Below the pieces are notes generated by a model, which made no database searches, was not told where the DNA came from, and worked only from the letters and a program-made list of their open reading frames with translations. DNA of 24,097 nucleotides from Deltaproteobacteria bacterium (GTDB lineage: Bacteria; Myxococcota; SpSt-1050): the NCBI GenBank assembly GCA_037441045.1, contig JBBISZ010000004.1, forward strand, positions 1 to 24,097. The letters run 5' to 3'. Position numbers and translations under genes: made by a program. Of this stretch, positions 16,244 to 24,094 are shown one piece after another. Position 1 is the stretch's first letter. Each line of letters begins with the position of its first letter.

Positions 16244-17587
16244 ATGATGAGGGACTCAATTATTAAAATAGTCAGACAAAATACAGAGAAAGGTAAGAGG
16301 ATATTCAGGTTTTATCTCTTTTTTATAGCAATAATAATAACACTTTCATCTGTCTGGGGCTTTTTTGGAATCAAGACAGATCCACCTATAGAAAAGATTA
16401 TAATTAACTATGTTGAAGATGATGATATTAATGAATATTTTGAGTCGCAGAATATGGTATGTGGAATAGATTTTTCAAGTTATAGAATTGATCCAGAAAA
16501 GATATATGTTGAAGATGATGAGTATCTTTATAAATTGTCTGATAATTATATTGCAAGATTAACTCTGAGATCAGATGTCCAGAAAATCCTCAAAAAAAAT
16601 ATGGATATTTACAATATCCCGTTTGTTGCAGCAGTTGTGATGGAGGCATCTACTGGAAAAATAGTAGGGTTGTATGAAAAAAAATCGGATGGCAGCCCAT
16701 ATTCTATATTTAAGACATATAAGGCTGCATCGATATTTAAGGTTATTACCATGGAGACGCTCCTTTCCGAGAAAAATATAAGTACTGATGAAAAGATGTG
16801 TTATCACGGTGGTAAGAGGAGCCTTAATAGAAATCATCTTATAGAGAATCCCAGAAAGGATTACAGGTGTATGGAAATTGACAGAGCCCTTGGGTTCTCT
16901 GCCAATGTGATATTTGCCAGACTGGCTTACAGGTATCTGGATAGAGAGATCCTATCAGATCATATAACGAGATTTGGTTTTGGAGAGATCCTGCCGGTTG
17001 AATTTAATGTCGAAAAAAGCCATATAATAATTCCTATGGAGAGAGAGGAGCTCGCATATACTGCAGCAGGTTTTGGAGAAACCTATATAAGCCCTATTCA
17101 CGGCGCAGTCATCACCTCAATAGTGGCAAATAATGGTGTATATATAAAACCCACATTAATAAATGAGATATTGGATGCGAATGAAAATGTCCTCTATTCA
17201 CATTCAAGGATTGAATTGAGGACTGTATTTTCCGAGGATGTTGCATCAAAACTCAAAAAGATGATGAGAGTAACAGTCTCAGAAGGTACAGCACATAAAT
17301 TCTTTGCAAGGAAGAGACCTATTGATTTTGTAAAGGAAATTCCTCTTGCCGGGAAGACCGGTTCAATTGCAGACAGAGGTAGTAAATATACTGAATATAA
17401 CTGGTTTGTGGGATTTGCACCTGTAGATAAACCAGAATATGTAATATCTGTATTGTCCATCAATTCTGAAAATATCTCTGCCCGAGCCACTCTCTATGCA
17501 AGACACATCCTTGATGATCTATTCAAAGATACAAAAAAAATCTCCGTTTATAGATCGCATAAGAAGAAGATTATAGGTAAAAGATAG
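16244..17587 (+). CDS. Penicillin-binding protein, membrane-anchored, essentially transpeptidase domain only (class B-like)
   Basis: N-terminal TM helix; catalytic motifs SxxK (ASIFK), SxN (SAN) and KTG (GKTGS) all intact; no transglycosylase or full dimerisation domain. Confidence 0.88.
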   Translation: MMRDSIIKIVRQNTEKGKRIFRFYLFFIAIIITLSSVWGFFGIKTDPPIEKIIINYVEDDDINEYFESQNMVCGIDFSSYRIDPEKIYVEDDEYLYKLSDNYIARLTLRSDVQKILKKNMDIYNIPFVAAVVMEASTGKIVGLYEKKSDGSPYSIFKTYKAASIFKVITMETLLSEKNISTDEKMCYHGGKRSLNRNHLIENPRKDYRCMEIDRALGFSANVIFARLAYRYLDREILSDHITRFGFGEILPVEFNVEKSHIIIPMEREELAYTAAGFGETYISPIHGAVITSIVANNGVYIKPTLINEILDANENVLYSHSRIELRTVFSEDVASKLKKMMRVTVSEGTAHKFFARKRPIDFVKEIPLAGKTGSIADRGSKYTEYNWFVGFAPVDKPEYVISVLSINSENISARATLYARHILDDLFKDTKKISVYRSHKKKIIGKR

Positions 17588-17614
17588 TTGTAGTCTGGCT
17601 TTTTGTGGTCGGGG

Positions 17615-17649
17615 ATAGTCCATAGTCGGCAGTCCACGGTTTACAGTTT
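17615..17649. repeat. Degenerate 7-bp tandem repeat (5 units) between convergent genes
   Basis: ATAGTCC ATAGTCG GCAGTCC ACGGTTT ACAGTTT. Confidence 0.6.
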
Positions 17650-17658
17650 ACTTAAACC

Positions 17659-18654
17659 TTATAATTCAATATATGGACTGGCTGAGAGGGTTAGAGGGTT
17701 ATCGTATGAATTCTTCTGTATCCTTCTAATTGAGGCAGCGGCAATCATTGCTGCATTGTCCGTACAGAATCTCTTTTCGGGGAAGAAGACTTCCAGATTG
17801 TTATCCATTGAGTGTTTTGTAAAATATTCTCTAATGTAATTATTGAAGGCAACTCCACCCGAGAAGAGAATCTTTTTTATGTATGTTCTATTTGATGCAA
17901 GCACAGCCCTTCTGAAGAGAGTCTTTGCAACTGCCAGCTGAAAGGCTGCAGCAAGATTTGCTCTGTCAGTGTTGTCTCTTATAGGATTTTTTTTCAAGTA
18001 ATCTATTACAAATGTCTTTAGCCCTGAGAAACTTACATCTATTCTATCTGGCATGATCTCTGGAAATTTTATTGAATCCGCATCTCCGGACTTTGCAATC
18101 TTCTCAATCTCAGGCCCTCCAGGATATCCGAGTCCGAGCACCCTTGCTACTTTATCAAAAGCCTCGCCGGCAGCATCATCAAGTGTAGTTCCAATATTTT
18201 CATAGACGCCCCAATCCCTCACCACATAAATATTTGTATGTCCTCCAGATACTACCATAGCTATAAATGGAGGGTCAAGTATATCATCTGAAAGCCTTAT
18301 TGCAGATAGGTGTCCCTCGATATGATTGATGCCTATTATCTTTTTATTTCCACTATAGGAAATACCACATGCAAAGACTACTCCAACCAGTAGAGAGCCC
18401 ATAAGCCCGGGACCTGTTGTAATAGCCACAACCTCTATATCAGCAAGGCTGATATTTGCATTCTTTAGAGCCTCATTTACTACGGGATATATCTTTAGAA
18501 TATGATTTCGGCTGGCTATTTCAGGTACTACCCCACCATATTTTGAATGTATATCTACCTGTGAGGCAACTACATTGGAATATACATTGAATTCTATATC
18601 TATGACTGATGCAGAGGTCTCATCGCAGGATGTTTCAATTCCAAGAATATACAT
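17659..18654 (-). CDS. tsaD: tRNA N6-threonylcarbamoyladenosine biosynthesis protein TsaD
   Basis: ILGIETSCDETS, GGVVPEIASRNH, NHIEGH, SGGHT, DDAAGEAFDKVARVLGLGYPGGP and TDNAAMIA. Confidence 0.96.
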   Translation of the reverse strand: MYILGIETSCDETSASVIDIEFNVYSNVVASQVDIHSKYGGVVPEIASRNHILKIYPVVNEALKNANISLADIEVVAITTGPGLMGSLLVGVVFACGISYSGNKKIIGINHIEGHLSAIRLSDDILDPPFIAMVVSGGHTNIYVVRDWGVYENIGTTLDDAAGEAFDKVARVLGLGYPGGPEIEKIAKSGDADSIKFPEIMPDRIDVSFSGLKTFVIDYLKKNPIRDNTDRANLAAAFQLAVAKTLFRRAVLASNRTYIKKILFSGGVAFNNYIREYFTKHSMDNNLEVFFPEKRFCTDNAAMIAAASIRRIQKNSYDNPLTLSASPYIEL

Positions 18655-20240
18655 TATTTGAAATATTCAACATTGATTGCAGGGAAGATATTGTCTCTCT
18701 CTTCTACAGATTGTAAGAAATTAAGATTTACTGAATTTGATTTGATCTCATTGTAGAGCCTTGTAAATCTCAAAATGTGATCTGTAAATCTCTTGTGGGC
18801 ATATCCAACGGCAGTACCTGTCTTCATAATAAATGCCCAGTCGCTACTCTGTGCAAGGAGTAGTTCACGTGCAGCCTGTTTAATGGCTCTATCTATGATC
18901 CCATTTCTTCCGTAATAATTTCGCGCCAATTCATTCATTCTTCTCTCAGCCATATGGAGGTGAGGATAGATCCAGGAGTTTGAACCCTCTACCCAGACTT
19001 CATAATAACCTTTGTTCCCCCATGAGGAGCGTGAAGGGTTTACAATCTGTTGAGTTGGATATCGGCGCAGATAATCGGAAAGGGTAATGGTCTTAAAGAA
19101 CTTCTGGTCATAACAGGATTTTCTAAAAAAATAGTTGAGGAAATCTGGACCCTCAAACCACCAGTGTCCAAATAACTCTGCGTCATAAGGTGCAAGTACT
19201 ATTGGTTTTATACCGAGCTTCGAGGATAGGTATTCAATCTGCTTTTCGCGATTAAACATATAGTTTCCCGCATGAATGGCGGCTTTTTGAAGTGCTACAT
19301 CTCTATTATAAGGTTGTTTGTGCTTCGTCTTGCCGGTAATCCTGTAATATTTTACGCCCGTAAATATCCTGATCCCATCCGGGTGAATATATGGTTTGAT
19401 ATAATCATAATCCAGGTCAAAGCCTATATCCCTGTAGAACTCTCTGTAGTCAAAATCGCCAGGATACCCCTCTTCAGCACTCCAGACCTGCTTTGAGGAT
19501 TCGGGGTCTCTACCGTATGCAGCAATCCCGTAAGGTGTAAAAATAGGTGCATAGACACCATATATAGGAGTCGGTGTTCCATATAGTATCCCGTGTGTAT
19601 CCAGAATAAAATATCTAATCTCCGCTTCAAACAGGTACCTCTCAACACCGTTGAAATACGCACATTCAGGAAGCCAGATACCCTTTGGATCTCTACCAAA
19701 ACACTGCCTGTGATAATCCCTTGCAGTCATTATCTGACCCCTTATTGCCCAGGGATGCTCTTCCATAAGAGGTAAAAAGCCGTGAGTGGCACCGACTGTC
19801 AGTATGTCCAGATATCCAGCATCAGCAAATCGCCTGAACTGGGCAATTAGATCCCTGTGATATTTTTCTTCAAACAGATATCTCAACCTCTGAAAGCGGG
19901 TATGATAGAACCATGCAATGGAATTAAATTCTGGCTGATGTCTTGTCCTTTCAATCTCTTTACCCGTAAGTTCAATAAGCCTGTAAAGGTGTTTTAAGTA
20001 TCTTGACCTTAAAAGCTCATCATTCATCATTGAGGCAAGTGAAGGAGATATTGTGATATTTAAATGAAATTGAACGCCATCCTGAGCAAGTCCTTCAAAG
20101 ATTTCCAGAAGTGGTAGATAGGTTTCAGATATTGCCTCGTAAAACCAGTCCTCTTCCAGAAATTCATCATACTCTGGATGCCTTACAAAAGGCAGGTGGG
20201 CATGCAAGAGAATTGCTACATAACCCTTTTCGTCAAACAC
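18654..20240 (-). CDS. GH57 family 1,4-alpha-glucan branching enzyme-type protein (with DUF1957 C-domain)
   Basis: LHAHLPFVRHP, GIWLPECAY (nucleophile Glu), PYDAELFGHWWFEG (acid/base Asp) and ARELLLAQSSDWAF; GTG start after SD AAGGAG. Confidence 0.92.
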   Translation of the reverse strand: MFDEKGYVAILLHAHLPFVRHPEYDEFLEEDWFYEAISETYLPLLEIFEGLAQDGVQFHLNITISPSLASMMNDELLRSRYLKHLYRLIELTGKEIERTRHQPEFNSIAWFYHTRFQRLRYLFEEKYHRDLIAQFRRFADAGYLDILTVGATHGFLPLMEEHPWAIRGQIMTARDYHRQCFGRDPKGIWLPECAYFNGVERYLFEAEIRYFILDTHGILYGTPTPIYGVYAPIFTPYGIAAYGRDPESSKQVWSAEEGYPGDFDYREFYRDIGFDLDYDYIKPYIHPDGIRIFTGVKYYRITGKTKHKQPYNRDVALQKAAIHAGNYMFNREKQIEYLSSKLGIKPIVLAPYDAELFGHWWFEGPDFLNYFFRKSCYDQKFFKTITLSDYLRRYPTQQIVNPSRSSWGNKGYYEVWVEGSNSWIYPHLHMAERRMNELARNYYGRNGIIDRAIKQAARELLLAQSSDWAFIMKTGTAVGYAHKRFTDHILRFTRLYNEIKSNSVNLNFLQSVEERDNIFPAINVEYFK

Positions 20241-20243
20241 AAA

Positions 20244-21368
20244 TTACCTCTCCTTTATTAGATTGTCAGATGAAAGATTCCATTTGAGGGACCTTCTGAG
20301 CCTTTCAAGGATCTCCTCTGACCCCTTAAGATATCTTCTCACGCCTTCGCCATCAGGACCCCAGAGTTCCTCTATAAGTACTGCACCTTCAGGAAGTGGA
20401 GAGATATAAGGGAATGGAAGTTCTGTACCCTCAGACTGCAGTCTGGATAGTAGATATGCAAGCTCTGAGATATCTTTCAGTCTTGGACCGAGTATCTCCT
20501 TGATTCTTGCAAGAGGCAGATCAAAGGGAATAGTTACAAATCTAACTTCTCCTGTGGATGTACTTGCAGGTGGCATTTTTATAGCCCGCGATCTAAGAAT
20601 GGGTAAAAACCCTTGTTTGCTTTTTACTACTATCTCTACCACAAAATCTTTTTCAGGGGCATCTACAAATGCATACCAGTTTCTTGTCCCGTATGGTATT
20701 TCATAAAGCAGATATCTATTTGCATTCTCGCCGTCATATATAACATTGGTTACATCGTTTATTTTGATATACAATCTGTTGTCCAGACTCTGAGTAAGGT
20801 AGTGTTTTACAGTCTCTTTTGAGAGATCCCAGTAACAGAATATCCATTCAGGGTCTCTTGGAACTACATAGATGGTGTCAATATCATACGACTCAGGAAG
20901 TGTGCCCAGAGCCTCCTCGACAAACTTTCTTCTGGACATGTCTCCCATATCAAACTTGGAGGGCTCAACCTCTCCTGTGCCGTGTACAGGTTTGTCGAAA
21001 ACCTGTTCAAGAACTATCCTTGTCGCTGATTCTTTCTTTTGCTTTTTTTCAGATTCAATGGGTTTTTTCTTCAATACCTGAATACTCTTCTTAATCCCCT
21101 TTGCGACCCTATCTATCTTTTCTACAGCCTTGCGACTCATTTCAATCTGTTGCTTCGCAATCTTCTTAGTCATCTCAACTCCACCTACCGCTGATTTTTT
21201 TACCTCATCTACTTTGTTATTCATTGAATTTATTATATTTACTATTTGCGACTTTGTAAGATTCTCTTTAATTTTTGAACCAAAACTGGATGCGATCTTT
21301 AAGAGTTCCTCTTTTGATTTTTTCAACAATTCAGATTTTGTAAGTATCTTTTTTTTCTTCTGAGGCAT
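20244..21368 (-). CDS. DUF4912-domain protein with an N-terminal Rho-N-like helical domain
   Basis: ELLKKSKEELLKIASSFGSKIKENLTKSQIVNII (Rho_N-like); LPESYDIDTIYVVPRDPEWIFCYWDL and RNWY (DUF4912); SD AAGGAGG; GTG 21371 is an alternative start. Confidence 0.82.
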   Translation of the reverse strand: MPQKKKKILTKSELLKKSKEELLKIASSFGSKIKENLTKSQIVNIINSMNNKVDEVKKSAVGGVEMTKKIAKQQIEMSRKAVEKIDRVAKGIKKSIQVLKKKPIESEKKQKKESATRIVLEQVFDKPVHGTGEVEPSKFDMGDMSRRKFVEEALGTLPESYDIDTIYVVPRDPEWIFCYWDLSKETVKHYLTQSLDNRLYIKINDVTNVIYDGENANRYLLYEIPYGTRNWYAFVDAPEKDFVVEIVVKSKQGFLPILRSRAIKMPPASTSTGEVRFVTIPFDLPLARIKEILGPRLKDISELAYLLSRLQSEGTELPFPYISPLPEGAVLIEELWGPDGEGVRRYLKGSEEILERLRRSLKWNLSSDNLIKER

Positions 21369-21393
21369 CACAACCTCCTTTTATGAGGTGGAA

Positions 21394-21422
21394 ATACTAA
21401 GTCCACAAATTCAAAGAGTCAA
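21394..21422 (-). promoter_or_regulatory. Putative sigma70 promoter TTGACT-N17-TAGTAT for DUF4912-GH57-tsaD
   Basis: Hexamers and 17-nt spacing read directly on the minus strand; an SD follows. Confidence 0.6.
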
Positions 21423-21431
21423 TACAAAAAT

Positions 21432-21806
21432 TCAGGCAGGGTTGTCAGGTCTTTCATCTCTGATAAGTGCCAGAATAGAATGATGCGGCACAATGAGATA
21501 TCTTGTCTGTTGAAAGTCAATCTCTACAGATGAATCCTTGAGAAAGATGGCGTAGTCTCCCTCCTGAGCCTGTAAGGGAATATATTTGATATCCTTGAGC
21601 TTTGCACCGCTTGAGAGTTCATATACCGATCCTGGATCATATACTGCATACCCGGGTCCTGTTTTTATTACCCTCCCGGAAAGTACCTTCTCCTTCTCCT
21701 TTACTGTTGGCGGTAGATACAATCCACCATCGGTCTTTAGATTCTCCTCATCTGGTTTAATAAGCACCTTGTCTCCAACAATAATTATATTTTTTTTCAC
21801 ATCCAT
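21432..21806 (-). CDS. groES: Stand-alone atypical co-chaperonin GroES/Cpn10 family protein
   Basis: VGDKVLIKP, mobile loop KTDGGLYLP, GRVIKTGPG, EGDYAIF and YLIVPHHSILA; contains an insertion; no groEL in the window. Confidence 0.8.
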   Translation of the reverse strand: MDVKKNIIIVGDKVLIKPDEENLKTDGGLYLPPTVKEKEKVLSGRVIKTGPGYAVYDPGSVYELSSGAKLKDIKYIPLQAQEGDYAIFLKDSSVEIDFQQTRYLIVPHHSILALIRDERPDNPA

Positions 21807-22169
21807 AGCGAATTAAAGAAGTAATCACAATTTTAACAATTTTCAAGGTAAAAATAAAATTTGAGCAGATAAAAAATTTTTTTTCTCTAATGTTTTGTTT
21901 ATCTTTAATGATCATTAATAAGATACTGATTTAATATGATAATATAAAATTACAACAAAAAATAAAGACAATCTGGTTTGAAGATGCGAATTAATTATAC
22001 CTGACAGGTTGTTTAATAAGAATAAATTCTATGACTCCAGATTATTTTGTACAAAAGTAAGTTAAATGTATAGTTTACTAACAGATATAGTGAGCAGGTG
22101 TATCAAAATTTTCAAAAGAATTTTGCTTACTTATTGTCAGGATACTGAGTGTTAAAATACTAAAACAGA

Positions 22170-23330
22170 TCAGTAGGCTGCTTTGAGGACGGATAATATC
22201 TCCTCAGGATCTGAGACTGCTCTGCCATTGTAGACTATTGCTCCATCGGTAAGAGCTATCTCTGCACACTCCATAAGTTCATTCTCAGGTACTTTTACAT
22301 CTCTTAATCTTTTGGGTAGATTACAGCTTTCTGCAAGTTTGAGAACGGCATCGGATGCGAGCAATCCAAGTTCTTTATCCGACACACTCGCCTTTATACC
22401 AAGAGCCTCTGCAATCATTGCCTGCTCTTCAAACACTACTTCATTGTTGAACCTCATAACATGGGGTAAAACGATAGAGTTGGCAAGTCCGTGATGAATT
22501 CCGTATCTGGCACCGATTGTGTGGGCTATTGCATGTGCCAATCCCACCTGTGCATTTGAAAAGGCGATGCCTGCAATATTCGATGCGAGGAGTAACATAC
22601 CTTTTTTCTGAATATCAGACACAAGAGTTGCCTCAACAATATTCTGCTTTACAAGCCTTATTGCGTGAAGTCCAAGCGCATCTGCTATGGGTTCTTTCTG
22701 AGGAGATGTGATTGCCTCAATAGCGTGAGTTAGCGCATCCATACCTGTTGCTGCTACGAGTTTTGCAGGGAGAGAACGCAGGAGTTCAGGATCCAGAATT
22801 GCGACATCTGGAATGATGTTATAGTCGCCAAAAAGGAGTTTTCTATGATTGTCCCAATCCTTAATCACTGCCACATAGGTAACTTCTGAACCTGTACCGC
22901 AGGTAGTAGGGATTGCTATATGTGGTGTCTGTTTCCTTGAGAGCATCTGAAAACCTTCATAATCAGAGATCTTCCCTCCCTCTTTTAGTAGTATTGCAAT
23001 CCCCTTTGCCGTATCTATTGCCGAACCTCCTCCAAGTGAGACTATTGAATCTGCGCCCAGATCTCTGCCTATCTCTGCGCCTTTGTTGACAATGTGTAAT
23101 CCACTATCAGGGACAGCCTCATCGTATACACCCACGCATTTATCTCCAAGATACTCTCTTACCCGTCTTGTCAGATCGGTATTCTTGCTCAAATCTTTAT
23201 CTGTAACCAGAAGCGCCTTACTGCAACCAAGTGCGGAGAGTTCTACTGCTATATCCTTTACTATTCCCATCCCGTAGAGAATTTTTGTAGGGGAATAATA
23301 GATGAAATTTAGATCAGAATTGTATCCCAT
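22170..23330 (-). CDS. Iron-containing (group III) alcohol dehydrogenase
   Basis: LGGGSAIDTAKG, IPTTCGTGSEVT, GMDALTHAIEA and AHAIAH...GIHHGLAN metal ligands. Confidence 0.93.
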   Translation of the reverse strand: MGYNSDLNFIYYSPTKILYGMGIVKDIAVELSALGCSKALLVTDKDLSKNTDLTRRVREYLGDKCVGVYDEAVPDSGLHIVNKGAEIGRDLGADSIVSLGGGSAIDTAKGIAILLKEGGKISDYEGFQMLSRKQTPHIAIPTTCGTGSEVTYVAVIKDWDNHRKLLFGDYNIIPDVAILDPELLRSLPAKLVAATGMDALTHAIEAITSPQKEPIADALGLHAIRLVKQNIVEATLVSDIQKKGMLLLASNIAGIAFSNAQVGLAHAIAHTIGARYGIHHGLANSIVLPHVMRFNNEVVFEEQAMIAEALGIKASVSDKELGLLASDAVLKLAESCNLPKRLRDVKVPENELMECAEIALTDGAIVYNGRAVSDPEEILSVLKAAY

Positions 23331-23338
23331 CTCTTACC

Positions 23339-23758
23339 TCATTCATCCAGAAATTTTGCGTCAATGCTGTTGGTTGCCTTTACAAGTTCCTGTGCTGCCT
23401 TTACAAATCTTACAATTGTGGGGAGATTTCCTTTTAGTTTTAGTTTCCCCTGCATCATGCCCTTAATTGGTTCAAGTTCTGCCTTGATGACTGCCTTCCA
23501 CCTGTCATATTCACCCGTAATACAGAACGGAGCCTTATTTGCCTCCTCAGGAGTTACTATCCTTGCATCTCTGCATACACCCTTTTCCAGGTCCAGCCAT
23601 ATTCCTATATCCTTCTCCAGAACAGGTGGTTTTGCCTTACAGATGAGTGCTATTACTCCGTAGGTCCAGTCTTTACCCGCAACCTTGTAATCAGCACTTG
23701 CGTTGATCGCATCTTTGTACTTTGCTACCCATTCTTCTGATGGAAATGGTGTTGGCAT
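23339..23758 (-). CDS. SCP2 sterol/lipid-binding domain protein
   Basis: FPSEEW...YKDAIN, ITGEYDRWKAVI and LEPIKGMMQGKLKLKGNL; SD GAGGAGG. Confidence 0.88.
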   Translation of the reverse strand: MPTPFPSEEWVAKYKDAINASADYKVAGKDWTYGVIALICKAKPPVLEKDIGIWLDLEKGVCRDARIVTPEEANKAPFCITGEYDRWKAVIKAELEPIKGMMQGKLKLKGNLPTIVRFVKAAQELVKATNSIDAKFLDE

Positions 23759-23772
23759 CTTATACCTCCTCG

Positions 23773-23988
23773 TTAATTATTTTTTGCCTGAAAAATGAGC
23801 AATAAATCATTTTTTTTCAGGTAGATATTACTCTTATAGATTTTTTTATTGTTCAGGAAGATAAATCGATTTTTGGTTATTAAATATTTTTTTATCAGTT
23901 CAGATATTGTAATCCCCTGTACATCTAATTCCTTATCGAGGTGAATAGAATGATCATTGTAAATATTGTAAAAGAAGACCTTTGCCAT
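23773..23988 (-). CDS. MoaD/ThiS-like ubiquitin-fold small protein lacking the C-terminal Gly-Gly
   Basis: KVFFY...ITISELIKKY...FIFLNNKKI...LKKNDLLLIF follows the beta-grasp pattern; ends QAKNN; the stop abuts the SD of the SCP2 gene. Very AT-rich, so some risk it is spurious or decayed. Confidence 0.55.
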   Translation of the reverse strand: MAKVFFYNIYNDHSIHLDKELDVQGITISELIKKYLITKNRFIFLNNKKIYKSNIYLKKNDLLLIFQAKNN

Positions 23989-23996
23989 TAAAAGTA

Positions 23997-24025
23997 AGAA
24001 TATATTATATTTTTTTTTAATTCAA
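23997..24025 (-). promoter_or_regulatory. Putative sigma70 promoter TTGAAT-N17-TATTCT, 8 nt before ATG 23988
   Basis: Read on the minus strand; a perfect TATAAT also lies within the spacer, so the register is ambiguous. Confidence 0.4.
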
Positions 24026-24054
24026 GGCGAAAATTGCTACGATGTGGTTTCAAT

Positions 24055-24094
24055 TTTAAAATGTCACACTTAATTCCAGATTTAAAATGTCACA
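24055..24094. repeat. 14-bp perfect direct repeat TTTAAAATGTCACA x2 (26-bp period), probable regulator sites
   Basis: 24055-24068 and 24081-24094; upstream of the MoaD-like/SCP2/ADH unit; the window ends immediately afterwards. Confidence 0.7.

Noticed and set aside
17603-17839. 78-aa plus-strand ORF starting in the PBP-tsaD gap
   Set aside because: GTG start without SD; its N-terminus is just the translated heptamer repeat and the rest is antisense to tsaD.
159-23663. Numerous short opposite-strand or alternate-frame ORFs in the supplied track (e.g. 159-377, 2233-2565, 4570-4980, 10471-10680, 17194-17490, 19424-19699, 23364-23663)
   Set aside because: All lie inside longer genes with recognisable family motifs; none has an SD, a signal or a recognisable motif, so they are treated as shadow ORFs.
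23972-24040. Possible sigma54 promoters (minus-strand TGGCAAAGGTCTTCT; plus-strand AGGCGAAAATTGC)
   Set aside because: Neither has the required GG-N10-GC spacing and the first lies within the coding start.
17615-24094. CRISPR-like interpretation of the short repeats (17615-17649, 24055-24094)
   Set aside because: Units are too short, there are no 30-40 nt unique spacers and no cas genes.
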